A stretch of DNA of 63,893 nucleotides, filler included, from Candidatus Woesearchaeota archaeon (GCA_047603125.1; 5 parts of 5 records of this genome joined end to end with filler, not necessarily neighbours in it); one strand, 5' to 3'. Positions 10,043-19,674 are shown, counted from the whole stretch's first letter. The notes: generated by a model from the sequence alone, not told the origin. A program made the numbers and translations.

Positions 10043-12457
10043 ATGGAAATTCCAAAAAAATATGATCCGTCCGTTGAAGAAGCAAAAATTCGTCAGCGTT
10101 GGGATGAGCAAAAACCATTTGCTTTTGATCCAAACACAACAAAACAATTATTCTCAATAGATACTCCTCCGCCAACAATGTCGGGGAAAATGCATATAGG
10201 GCATGCATGTTCGTTTTCTCAGCAAGATATTATTGCGCGTTTTAAGCGTATGATGGGTTTTGCGGTCTTTTATCCTTTTGGAACGGATGATAATGGACTT
10301 CCAACAGAAAAACTTGTGCAAAAAGAAAAGAATGTGCTTGCCACAAAAATGGATCGAGATGAGTTTATTCATATTTGTCTTGATTTTTTACAAACAGAAC
10401 GGCCAAAATTTGTTCAAGATTGGAAAAATATTGGGATGAGTTGTGACTTTGATAATCCCTACTCGACAATTGATGATCATTCGCGAAAAATTGCGCAAAA
10501 AACATTTCTCAAGCTGTTGGCATCTGGGCGTGCACAACGAAAGGAAGCGCCTGTTATTTGGGACACACTGTTTCAGTCAGCAATTGCACAAGCTGAGCTT
10601 GAAGATGTAGAGAAAACAACATGGTTTAATGATATTGTATTTACAACAGAAGATGGAAAAGAATTACTTATTGCAACTACGCGACCGGAACTTTTAGGAG
10701 CCTGTGTTGCCATATTTGCACATCCTGAAGATGAGCGATATACATCGCTGTTTGGGAAATTTGCGTATTCGCCACTGTACAAACAAAAAGTTCCAATTTT
10801 AGCTGATGAAAAAGCAGATCCGCAAAAAGGAACGGGTATTGTTATGTGTTGTACTTTTGGTGATCAAACTGACATTGAGTGGTTTAAAAAACATAATTTG
10901 CCACTTCGTCTTGTTATTACGCCCGATGGTCGTATGAGTGAGGCTGCAGGTGAGTATGCGGGTCTTAAAATCGAGGCTGCCCGAGAAAAAATTATTGACG
11001 ATTTGAAAGCTGCAAACTTATTGCGTTCACAAAAACAAATCACGCACACTGTCAATGTTGGTGAGCGAAGTGGTCGACCTGTTGAAATTTTAAATTCAAA
11101 ACAATGGTATGTCACATATCTTGACAAAAGAGAAGAGATGCTTACGTGGTCTCGAAAGCTTGAGTGGAAACCTGAGTTTATGAAACACCGATTAGATAAT
11201 TGGATTAAAGGACTCAATTGGGATTGGTCGATTTCTCGCCAACGTCATTTTGGTGTTCCGATTCCTGTCTGGTATGATGCGTCAGGGAAGATGTACTTGC
11301 CTGATGAGAGTCAACTTCCAGTTGACCCGCTCAAAGATAGACCAAATTGTGCACCAGAGGGCGTTGAACTTATTGGTGAAAAAGATGTATTTGATACATG
11401 GTTTACTTCGGCATCAACGCCGTATCTTGCTGCGGAAAAATATGAGGGTACGCCAATTTTTGACAAGCTCATCCCGATGGATATTCGTCCGCAAGCCCAT
11501 GATATTATTAGTTTTTGGTTATTTTATACCTTGACAAAAACACAACTCCTTGAGCAAAAAATGCCGTGGAAACAAGCCTTAATTTCAGGTTGGATACTTG
11601 ATCCGAAGGGAAAGAAAATGGCAAAGTCTAAGGGCAATGTCGTTTCGCCGCAAAAAATTATGGAAAAATATTCTGCTGATGCAATTCGTTACTGGGCGAG
11701 TTCTATTAAGTTGGGTGAGGATTCCGCGTTTCAAGAAAAAGAACTCATTACAGCAACAAAGCTTATTAATAAAATTTGGAATGCATCAAAATTCTGTCAT
11801 ATGCATTTAGCTGAGTATACTGCACAAAAACCACAAACACTAGAAGCGCTTGATGAATGGATTTTGGGATTACTCTCACAAACAATTGAGGAGAGTCAAA
11901 AGAGTTTTGATGCGTATGAGTATCATAGGGCAAAAACAATTATTGAGAATTTCTTTTGGAATTTTTGTGATAATTATTTAGAAATTGTCAAGGATCGTTT
12001 GTACAAACCGGAAGTGTATGGTATTGAAGCAAAACAGAGTGGGCAATATACGATTGCTATTGTTTTGCGTGCAGTGTTAAAAATGTTTGCACCAATTCTT
12101 TGTTATGTGACTGATGCAGTGTGGTCGTACATGTTTGAGGAGAAAACAAGTATTCATGCACAATCTTGGCCGATATTGGAGGCTGATACTACGCAGGCTG
12201 CAACGCTGTATCAACCAGTGGTTGATGTCATTGGCGCTGTTCGTCGTTTTAAGTCTGAGAAGAATATTTCGCTTAAAACTGAAATTGCACTATTAACAAT
12301 TGAAGCTGATAAAGCAACGCAAGAGTTAATTTTAAAAACTAAGCAAGATATATTAGCAACAACCAAAGCAAAACATATTGTGTTTGGAGCTGCAAATGAC
12401 TTAGAGGTCGGTGCAATAAGGGTAGGTGTGGAGTTTGAGCAAAGTAGTAACGGTTAA
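10043..12457 (+). CDS. valS: Valyl-tRNA synthetase
   Basis: IDTPPPT, HIGH, DWSISRQR, KMAKS motifs. Confidence 0.97.
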   Translation: MEIPKKYDPSVEEAKIRQRWDEQKPFAFDPNTTKQLFSIDTPPPTMSGKMHIGHACSFSQQDIIARFKRMMGFAVFYPFGTDDNGLPTEKLVQKEKNVLATKMDRDEFIHICLDFLQTERPKFVQDWKNIGMSCDFDNPYSTIDDHSRKIAQKTFLKLLASGRAQRKEAPVIWDTLFQSAIAQAELEDVEKTTWFNDIVFTTEDGKELLIATTRPELLGACVAIFAHPEDERYTSLFGKFAYSPLYKQKVPILADEKADPQKGTGIVMCCTFGDQTDIEWFKKHNLPLRLVITPDGRMSEAAGEYAGLKIEAAREKIIDDLKAANLLRSQKQITHTVNVGERSGRPVEILNSKQWYVTYLDKREEMLTWSRKLEWKPEFMKHRLDNWIKGLNWDWSISRQRHFGVPIPVWYDASGKMYLPDESQLPVDPLKDRPNCAPEGVELIGEKDVFDTWFTSASTPYLAAEKYEGTPIFDKLIPMDIRPQAHDIISFWLFYTLTKTQLLEQKMPWKQALISGWILDPKGKKMAKSKGNVVSPQKIMEKYSADAIRYWASSIKLGEDSAFQEKELITATKLINKIWNASKFCHMHLAEYTAQKPQTLEALDEWILGLLSQTIEESQKSFDAYEYHRAKTIIENFFWNFCDNYLEIVKDRLYKPEVYGIEAKQSGQYTIAIVLRAVLKMFAPILCYVTDAVWSYMFEEKTSIHAQSWPILEADTTQAATLYQPVVDVIGAVRRFKSEKNISLKTEIALLTIEADKATQELILKTKQDILATTKAKHIVFGAANDLEVGAIRVGVEFEQSSNG

Positions 12458-13133
12458 TACGATATTGGCACAGATTACAGAGGTGCGTAACAATTTATTT
12501 TCGTTACACGCTGCAGCACTTGAAGCAAGCCAACGTCTTGCATTAGAAGACACTTCTGAGGCTTTTACCTTTTGGCAAAGACAGTTGAGACGCGAGTTAC
12601 TTTATGTCGCAATTGTTAAGCAAGGCTGCACTATTGCTAAAAATTATATTGCAACTAATATGTCTGATGAGAATCCTGAAAAAGACACGTGTTTAACGCT
12701 TATGAATGAAGCGTATACTGCTCTTGAAAAAATACAATCTTCCCCGTATGCACAATATGAGCAATTAATACAAAAACATTCTGATAATTTGACTCGTCGA
12801 AAAGTTATAACAAAAATGCTCGATAAAGAAATTCCGTCTGCACCGCAAGGGCTTTGGGATAGTATCCCTCGTCACTTAGATGAATTAATCCGCAAAGTGG
12901 TTGGGAGAATACAAGATACGGGTGTGAGAAAGTATGTTTTAGCAAGTGCAATAGGTGGTTTATCGGGTTCATCTGCGGTAGTTGCTTCAAAAACGTTACC
13001 TCCTGGCTTAGAACAGACAAATTTGTTGGATCCTTCACTTGCAGTTAATTATGGTGTGACTGCTATTATTGGAATGGTTGCAAGTATTGTTTTTTTGTAT
13101 TCGTTTTATGATGTGAAGCGTCTAGACCGCTAG
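12426..13133 (+). CDS. Hypothetical membrane protein
   Basis: 235-aa ORF with C-terminal hydrophobic helices. Confidence 0.55.
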   Translation: MWSLSKVVTVNTILAQITEVRNNLFSLHAAALEASQRLALEDTSEAFTFWQRQLRRELLYVAIVKQGCTIAKNYIATNMSDENPEKDTCLTLMNEAYTALEKIQSSPYAQYEQLIQKHSDNLTRRKVITKMLDKEIPSAPQGLWDSIPRHLDELIRKVVGRIQDTGVRKYVLASAIGGLSGSSAVVASKTLPPGLEQTNLLDPSLAVNYGVTAIIGMVASIVFLYSFYDVKRLDR

Positions 13134-13142
13134 TTTCATCGT

Positions 13143-13598
13143 TCATTCTTTTTTCTTTTTAATCATATCCGCAATCGTAAATCCTGATGATTCTGTTGGT
13201 TTTGTTTGAATGTCGATGTCGCTTGTGTCTTTTTTGAAGATGAGTTTCACACCAAGTCCTTGCTCAAAAATCTTCGCGTCAGCAAATGTGGGTTTTGCAT
13301 GGCCAGATTCGACTTGGTGAATGACGGATTCTTTGATGTTGAGCATGCGTGAGAGGTCAATTTGTTTGAGGTTTCGTTTTTCTCGCTCTGCTTTGATTAA
13401 TTGTCCTGCTTTTGGTGTGATAAATTCATACGTTTCATCTTGTTGATAGCGACTAGCCGGGCTCTTTTTGCGAAATGGTTGTTTCTTTTGTGCAGGTGGT
13501 AATCCATAATGTTTACATTTTGGGCAAAGTTGGAGTTCAACGCCCTCAATGATGCGCGGTGTCAATTGTCCGTCAGATGAGCACATTTCGCATTTCAT
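13143..13598 (-). CDS. mbf1: Archaeal multiprotein bridging factor 1 (Zn ribbon + HTH)
   Basis: CEMC...CPKC, Cro-like HTH, terminal TIAD motif. Confidence 0.88.
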   Translation of the reverse strand: MKCEMCSSDGQLTPRIIEGVELQLCPKCKHYGLPPAQKKQPFRKKSPASRYQQDETYEFITPKAGQLIKAEREKRNLKQIDLSRMLNIKESVIHQVESGHAKPTFADAKIFEQGLGVKLIFKKDTSDIDIQTKPTESSGFTIADMIKKKKE

Positions 13599-13739
13599 AC
13601 TATTGGTGTTGTTTTGTAAGTATTTAAATGTGGTGTTTCGGGTTTTTACTGTTTTATAGTTAAAAAAACGATTATTTTGAAAAATCTAGGTTTTTTCAAC
13701 TCCGGTAGTGTTTTAAATTAGGGTATTTTCCTCGTTTGT

Positions 13740-14045
13740 ATGGTCGCTTTGTTGCCTGAATATACTGAGTATGGTGAACGTGTAGGGGTTTTATTAGATG
13801 AATTTTTAGCAAAACATGGTCGTGAATTTGCAGACTTAAAACCGCATGTGCATACTATACGGCGTTTTTGTGGGTTGGAAGAAGTTATATTAACGAATAT
13901 TGATCGAACGAATGAACGAGAAATTGATGAGCCAATATTGTATTTTAGTGACAACTTGGGTGGATATTTAATTGACGCACTCCAAAATCACCTTCGCGAG
14001 GTGTATTCTGAGCCAAAATACGGTTCTGACACAAAAACTATTTAA
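13740..14045 (+). CDS. Hypothetical protein
   Basis: 101-aa ORF. Confidence 0.5.
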   Translation: MVALLPEYTEYGERVGVLLDEFLAKHGREFADLKPHVHTIRRFCGLEEVILTNIDRTNEREIDEPILYFSDNLGGYLIDALQNHLREVYSEPKYGSDTKTI

Positions 14046-14082
14046 ATAAAACTTGTCAAAATTGTCTTGAGGGTTTTTTATA

Positions 14083-14703
14083 ATGAAAAAAGCAGTAGCA
14101 ATTGTGTGTGTGTTTCTTATGTCGCTTACGTTGGTTTTTGCCAATGTGGATAATTATGGTGTGCCTCCCTATGCGTTTGATCCAGCAAATGGTCATACGG
14201 CTGCGTATATTGTGGTGCAGGATCCTGCAAACTCAAATGAAGAGTTGACGCTGCATGATTTTATTTATAACCTTCCTCTAAATCACACACACGGTTTTTG
14301 GAGACGAAGTGCTGGAAATACACTAAATATTCTCTATGATGAGGGGAATGTCGGTGTTGGTGGAGAGTCGCCGACAGCACGTTTAACAATTCATCATGGT
14401 TATGGGAATTTTTTGCGTTTGAATCATTCTCCTGGTGGTTTGCTTTATACGATAAGTGCGACGGGTAGTGGTTTTACGCATTCTTCCTCAAGTCCGATTC
14501 AGTTTCAAAGTGAAGAGGATCAAATTTTACGCTTAGAACGGCAGGGCAATGGTGAGAGTTTAGGGTTTTCTCGAGGTAGTGAAATCATGCGTTTGACGTC
14601 CTCGCATCGTCTTGGTTTTGGTTCTGGTGCTCATAATGATAGAATGGTTTTGACTTCGAGTGGAAATTTAGAGTTGGCGAATAGTTTAACAGTTGGTAAT
14701 AAT
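14083..14703 (+). CDS. Secreted beta-rich fibre-like protein (truncated at contig end)
   Basis: Signal peptide; GNVGVG..P.ARL and MRLTSSG-type repeats. Confidence 0.65.
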
Positions 14704-14803
14704 NNNNNNNNNNNNNNNNNNNNNNNNNNNNNNNNNNNNNNNNNNNNTTAATTAATTAANNNNNNNNNNNNNNNNNNNNNNNNNNNNNNNNNNNNNNNNN
14801 NNN
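14704..14803. other. Artificial contig spacer
   Basis: N-run + TTAATTAATTAA + N-run. Confidence 0.99.
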
Positions 14804-14838
14804 TATACTAGTGTCGAAATTGACGTAACTAATATACT

Positions 14839-15180
14839 CTAGAATTCTTCGAAATCTTCGTCAAATTTGAGTAGTCCCTTCTTCTTGAGAACAGGAATTT
14901 GATTTGGTCGATATTTAAAAATAACATCACCTTTTTCATCTCCACCAAACTCCCAGGGTTTTATAAGAAGAACATCACCTTCGCGAGTCCATAATCGTCG
15001 TTTTAATTTACCTGGAATTCTGCAAAGTCGCACTTTTCCGTCCATGCAACGCACTTTCATGCGACTGCCACCAACACGTTCATCAAGAATGCCAAGAACT
15101 TCAGGATCACGTGGTACACGAACCCGAACTACTTCGTTTTGTTGTTGATTTGGTCTATTTGGTCGTTTTTGAAAAGCCAT
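14839..15180 (-). CDS. eif1a: Translation initiation factor aIF-1A
   Basis: VRCMDGKVRLCRIPGK..RR.W.REGD...PW motif. Confidence 0.95.
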   Translation of the reverse strand: MAFQKRPNRPNQQQNEVVRVRVPRDPEVLGILDERVGGSRMKVRCMDGKVRLCRIPGKLKRRLWTREGDVLLIKPWEFGGDEKGDVIFKYRPNQIPVLKKKGLLKFDEDFEEF

Positions 15181-15249
15181 CTATTCATACGTTAATTCGA
15201 GTCCATTTATAAATCTTTGCTCAAAAGACAATGTTTGATTATCATCATC

Positions 15250-15345
15250 AGCACTATTTCCTTGGTGAAATCTCAGAAATCGAGTGATTTATGCAACGAA
15301 GATTTCGCGAATAGACAGCTGTCATAAGATCACCGAAATAGTGCT
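15250..15345 (+). ncRNA. Structured repeat, divergent form A'
   Basis: AGCACTATTTC-CTT-GGTGA...GATTtATGCA...GACAGCTGTC...TCACC-GAAATAGTGCT; same fold as form A with different stems. Confidence 0.7.
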
Positions 15346-15423
15346 TGCTATTTATCTAACAAAGTTCAAACACTGTCGCTCAAAATGAGATTTGAGCAAA
15401 AATTAAAAGAATATAATAATATA

Positions 15424-15480
15424 GGCTTCACCCACTTGTTTTTCAAAGAAGAGCATGCAGATTTGGCTCAAGAGTCTCGC
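15424..15480 (-). mobile_element. Truncated form C MITE (one end)
   Basis: GGCTTCACCC...GAGCATGCAGATTTGGCTCAAGAGTC. Confidence 0.75.
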
Positions 15481-15567
15481 ATAATCTTCATAGAAACAGA
15501 TATAAGTTATGTGCGTCCCTACTGTAAAATAGAAACATTTATATAGCTACATACCCTCACAAAGTTC

Positions 15568-16080
15568 ATGAAAGCACATACAATCCTTGCTAATCTCTTT
15601 GCAATTGTTCTTTTCGTTGCACTTCTCTTTGCACTGCCACAGGAACATGCAGCTATGCAACTTATTGCAATTGTTGCCTACGCACTTATTATTGGCGTTA
15701 CATTTTTCCTTGATAAGCAAACATATGCACTTGTTAATGTTATGCTCAGCGCTGTCATGCTTGCCAATGTTAGTATCATCTTTACAAAAGTGCACTCTTT
15801 GTATCTCATCCCACTTGCAATTTTTTTAGTGTACATATTCGTGAGCAATATTAATACAGTCATGGCTGTACGAAAAGCACCCACTGTTGTTATTAAAAAA
15901 CCAATACGACAAGCCATTAAACAGCCTGTTGTGAAAAAAACAACAAAACAAGTTCGCCGTAAAGGACCGAAAAAGAAAGCAGCAACGACAAAAAAACGTT
16001 CTGCAAAAAAAACCGTGAAAAAGTCTACGAAAAAAGCGACTACAAAAAAGAAACGTGGACGACCAAAAAAGGCAAAATAA
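15568..16080 (+). CDS. Four-TM membrane protein with Lys-rich histone H1-like tail and AT-hook
   Basis: Hydrophobic N-half; KKATTKKKRGRPKKAK C-terminus. Confidence 0.75.
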   Translation: MKAHTILANLFAIVLFVALLFALPQEHAAMQLIAIVAYALIIGVTFFLDKQTYALVNVMLSAVMLANVSIIFTKVHSLYLIPLAIFLVYIFVSNINTVMAVRKAPTVVIKKPIRQAIKQPVVKKTTKQVRRKGPKKKAATTKKRSAKKTVKKSTKKATTKKKRGRPKKAK

Positions 16081-16560
16081 CTACCTTTTTTTCTTAACTC
16101 TTTTTTCAAATTCTTCTGTTAGCATGTGATATAGAACAATCAATACACCGAGCGATATACAGATATCTGCAAAGTTTATTACAGAAAAATATGGAATTGC
16201 AATAAAATCTATAACTGCGCCGTACAAAAACCGATCGACTAAATTTCCCAGCGCACCACCGAGAATAAGCGCAAGCGGTACTCGAAATTTATGGTCAAAG
16301 GATTCAAAATAGACAATTCCAAAAAAAATAATTGCTCCGCTTATAATCATCATAAGCCATTGTAATTGAGAAAATAAACCAAACGCCACCCCCGTATTAT
16401 ATACAATAATAAAATCAATCCAAAAAAATGATTGTGGCTGTTCTAAATTCGCAAGTGCAATTTGCTTGAGTAATCTGTCAAGAAGCGCAACAGCCCCAAT
16501 AATACAAAAAAATGTCAGTTGGCGAGTGTACCACTTACCAGTATTTTTTTCCTTTGACAT
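16081..16560 (-). CDS. lspA: Lipoprotein signal peptidase II
   Basis: NTGVAFG, GGALGNLVDR, VIDF, NFAD motifs. Confidence 0.92.
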   Translation of the reverse strand: MSKEKNTGKWYTRQLTFFCIIGAVALLDRLLKQIALANLEQPQSFFWIDFIIVYNTGVAFGLFSQLQWLMMIISGAIIFFGIVYFESFDHKFRVPLALILGGALGNLVDRFLYGAVIDFIAIPYFSVINFADICISLGVLIVLYHMLTEEFEKRVKKKR

Positions 16561-17017
16561 GTTGTTCAAGAACTGTGAGTCGATGCTGAACATTTTCTAG
16601 TTCAGCACGTATTAAATCTAACCGCGACAAAATTAATTCCGTATCTCGCTTTGAAAACGAATCATTTGAAGACGACTGTGACGTTGAAGATTGCTGCGGC
16701 TGTTCATACCCACTAAACTGGGGTTGAAATGACGAATCTTGGGATGTCTGTGAAAATGCTTGTTGCTGTGAGAGTGTATCATGCGCTAATGAAGATTGGC
16801 CGAAAGGTTGTGTCTGCTGGCTTGATTGTTGCGAATCAAAAGATGATTGCGACATTTGATTTGGTTGCGGTGAATCAAAGGAAGACTGCATTGACGACTG
16901 ATCAAATGCTCCCGGTGCTGACTCTTGTTGTGCTTGTTGTTCCCCTTCTTGTGCGTAACGAGAAAGAATTGAATCCACATCATCCTCTTTTTTCCAGAAT
17001 TTCAATTTATCAAACAT
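16535..17017 (-). CDS. Hypothetical Gln/Ser-rich protein with C-terminal coiled coil
   Basis: Low-complexity middle region; ELILSRLDLIRAEL C-terminus. Confidence 0.7.
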   Translation of the reverse strand: MFDKLKFWKKEDDVDSILSRYAQEGEQQAQQESAPGAFDQSSMQSSFDSPQPNQMSQSSFDSQQSSQQTQPFGQSSLAHDTLSQQQAFSQTSQDSSFQPQFSGYEQPQQSSTSQSSSNDSFSKRDTELILSRLDLIRAELENVQHRLTVLEQHVKGKKYW

Positions 17018-17060
17018 GTTTTAGTTACAGAAAACTGAGTTTAAAAAGATTGCGAATATT

Positions 17061-17195
17061 TAGTCGACGACATTAATTTCGCATAACTCGGCGATTTCAC
17101 GACAGCTGTCAAGTTTGCAAAATCAGAGCTGCATGAATCGCTCTGATTTTTGATTTTACGCCAAGGAGTTATGCTTTTCTTTTGCCGCTAACTAA
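17061..17195 (-). repeat. Structured repeat, form A, copy 2
   Basis: Near-identical to 740-874. Confidence 0.9.
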
Positions 17196-17279
17196 TTTAG
17201 TTGCATAGAAACCCTCTGAATCGTTAGAATTAATACAGTACTTGGTATATTTTCTGTTTATAAGCAACTATTTTTTAAT

Positions 17280-17431
17280 GAGAAACAACACGAAAACTGT
17301 ACTGGAGAGTCCCACTTCCAGTACTTTGCCACAATTTTGCTGCAAGTTTTCAGATTTTTTATCCTCAAGTTTGAAAGAGGCTTTCAAACAATCGCCAAAT
17401 TGTGTAATGGTATTTCAAGGTGTTGTTTCTC
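17280..17431 (-). ncRNA. Structured repeat, form C' (stems rewritten)
   Basis: Form C core retained; GAGAAACAACAC/GTGTTGTTTCTC, GTACTGGA/TCCAGTAC and CACAATTT/AAATTGTG replace the form C stems. Confidence 0.75.
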
Positions 17432-17520
17432 TAAACATTGATTGAGATTAATTGGCACAAGAATTTCTATACGCCCTCACTATCAATACCTTTTTAAATC
17501 CCTGCAAGCTTCACACCCAC

Positions 17521-17685
17521 ATGAAAACACAACAAGCACTCAAAGAAGAGCTTTTAAATAACACAGGCAGTGTTCAGTTTACTTGCCCTAACTGCTTAAA
17601 AGGCAAAATCATTCGTACAAAAAATAATCGTCAAATTATGGCGAGATACACTTGCACAGAATGTGGGTTTGTGGGGCCAAACTAA
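17521..17685 (+). CDS. Small Zn-ribbon protein (DUF1610-like)
   Basis: FTCPNC...YTCTECGFVGP; usual position upstream of aEF-1beta. Confidence 0.88.
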   Translation: MKTQQALKEELLNNTGSVQFTCPNCLKGKIIRTKNNRQIMARYTCTECGFVGPN

Positions 17686-17687
17686 AA

Positions 17688-17966
17688 ATGGCAAAAGTTG
17701 TTGCAACTATTCGCGTCATGCCCGAATCTCCAACTGTTGATTTGGCAATTTTACAAAAGATTGTTGAAGAGAAAATCACAGAATTTGCAGGATCTGCAGA
17801 AAAAAAGTTTGAACAAAAACCGATTGCATTCGGCCTCAAGGCACTTGATGTAACATTTATCATGGATGAAGATTTAGGTTCAACCGATGCACTTGAACAA
17901 ACATTAAAAACAATAGAGCATGTACAAGATGTGCAGACTACTGATGTTCGCCGTGCACTCGGCTAA
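17688..17966 (+). CDS. ef1b: Elongation factor 1-beta
   Basis: VMPESPTVDL, PIAFGLKAL. Confidence 0.95.
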   Translation: MAKVVATIRVMPESPTVDLAILQKIVEEKITEFAGSAEKKFEQKPIAFGLKALDVTFIMDEDLGSTDALEQTLKTIEHVQDVQTTDVRRALG

Positions 17967-18954
17967 GTTTTTGTAATACTTTTTTTATTTTTTCTTCTGG
18001 TAAATTAATACGAATTGATTCTTTTTCAAAAGTAGATTTACAGAGCAAAATATTTTTTTTCTCACAATACTGTTGTATTCGCTCAAAGGAAGGTATATTT
18101 GTTAATTGATGCTGCTTTGCAAACTTACCCATATGTACATACCCGACTTGAGAAATTGCAAATTCGAGTTTCAGTTTTTCAAACCAATCATCAACATGAA
18201 TCTGCTCTAAAAATTTTGAATCTGCTAACGATCCCACATATATTGGCCCGCATTGTTTTTTTTCTTGATCAAAAATAAACTCGTATTTTTGTTTGTCACA
18301 TACACTTCTTGACTTTTTCACACGAAAATAGACTCGATAATAATGATCTTTATGATATGAGAGTAGCGGTACAAGCGCGATTTCATATAAAAAACCAATT
18401 TGCTGACAACTCCGTATCAATGTGCGAATGCCAAATTCATGCTGCCAATACACATCTGCTGGTATCCCCCAGTATCTTCGTTTATGCGTTTGTTTACTTT
18501 TTGAGCAAAGCGCAGCTAAATCAGTTGCAGTTACTGCAACAATGCCATTATGCACAGCATTTTGAATAGCACTTGCAAGAAATGGCAGGGGTGAGCCGAA
18601 GGGATCAATATCAATATAATTAAAAGGCCCATTGGTAAATAAAAATGAATCTGCACGCATGTTTGTAACTGTGCATTTTGTATTATTTTCTTTGAGATTT
18701 TTTTTGATTGCCTCAACTGCTTTTTCAGACCAGTCGTTAGCGTAAAGATTATGTAATTTTGTTTCTTGCAAAATTCGAATCGCACGAACACCACTTCCTG
18801 CTAAGGGTAGAGCGACTTTTGCTTGATGAGGGAGTGTTTTCAAAACTTCAATGCAAACATCCCGATTATGTTTCATTTTTGGATTATAAAATACATTCCC
18901 ATCCGCTAATATATGTTCACTAACTGCGAGTTTTGCATTGTTTTCTTGAATCAT
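17938..18954 (-). CDS. trm1: tRNA (guanine26-N2)-dimethyltransferase
   Basis: VFYNPKM..NRD, IDIDPFGSP, VTATD, HYYRVY. Confidence 0.93.
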   Translation of the reverse strand: MIQENNAKLAVSEHILADGNVFYNPKMKHNRDVCIEVLKTLPHQAKVALPLAGSGVRAIRILQETKLHNLYANDWSEKAVEAIKKNLKENNTKCTVTNMRADSFLFTNGPFNYIDIDPFGSPLPFLASAIQNAVHNGIVAVTATDLAALCSKSKQTHKRRYWGIPADVYWQHEFGIRTLIRSCQQIGFLYEIALVPLLSYHKDHYYRVYFRVKKSRSVCDKQKYEFIFDQEKKQCGPIYVGSLADSKFLEQIHVDDWFEKLKLEFAISQVGYVHMGKFAKQHQLTNIPSFERIQQYCEKKNILLCKSTFEKESIRINLPEEKIKKVLQKLSRVHGEHQ

Positions 18955-18999
18955 TGTCAGTAAGGAAATATGTGTCTTTTAAAAAATAGAGGTTTTTTG

Positions 19000-19192
19000 G
19001 GCTTCATCCAAAAATTGTTTTCAAAAAGAGCACGCAGATTTTGCTCAAGAGTCCCGCTTTGAGAATAAAGCGAAAATTCGGCTGCATCTTTTCGGATTCT
19101 CATCCTCAAGTTTGAAAGAAGCTTTCAAACAATCACCGAATTTTCTCATTTTGCTGCAAGGTGCTCTTTTATCTTATTTTTTGGATGAAGCC
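19000..19192 (-). mobile_element. Intact MITE (form C) with 15-bp TIRs and 9-bp TSD
   Basis: TIR GGCTTCATCCAAAAA/TTTTTGGATGAAGCC; flanking direct repeat GGTTTTTTG (18991-18999, 19193-19201). Confidence 0.93.
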
Positions 19193-19210
19193 GGTTTTTT
19201 GGTAGAAACA

Positions 19211-19672
19211 TTATTCACTTAACTGAACAGAGTCTTGGCGTTCTCCTAAGATAGGAACTTCCCCGTAAAATTGATATGTTTGAAAATTTCGTAGATTTTT
19301 ATATGTAAAGTCAATATGTATTCGATAAACCTCTTCTATTTGAACTTGCTCTGTAAAAACGGAAATATTTCCTTGTTCACGCGGATCTAACACTAATAAA
19401 ATCGAATGCTCATTTGAGTTTAATGAAATATTTGTTATATTAATTGAATGCGCTAAATTATTTTGAACCACAAGAAAAAGATGTGTTTGATTTGCCACAT
19501 GCGCAACTATCCCAATATCACTTGCAGACCAATAACTTTGTGACGCGCGAACTTCTGCTGAGCTTCCTATAGCAGGAAATTCAAAGAGAGGGAGAATTGC
19601 AACTACAAGTAAAATAAGAATTAAACTCAATAATATCAAATATTCTGTTGCCCCTTGACTTTTTTTGTTCAT
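19211..19672 (-). CDS. Class III signal peptide pilin-like protein (short form)
   Basis: KKS|QGATEYL; paralog of the N-terminus of the upstream gene. Confidence 0.85.
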   Translation of the reverse strand: MNKKSQGATEYLILLSLILILLVVAILPLFEFPAIGSSAEVRASQSYWSASDIGIVAHVANQTHLFLVVQNNLAHSINITNISLNSNEHSILLVLDPREQGNISVFTEQVQIEEVYRIHIDFTYKNLRNFQTYQFYGEVPILGERQDSVQLSE

Positions 19673-19674
19673 TT

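Noticed and set aside
15678..16109. Phe-rich minus-strand ORF
   Set aside because: Antisense mirror of the Lys-rich tail on the plus strand.
19108..19135. GTTTGAAAG/CTTTCAAAC resembling CRISPR repeat ends
   Set aside because: It is a single hairpin inside a dispersed repeat; there is no regular repeat-spacer array and no cas gene.
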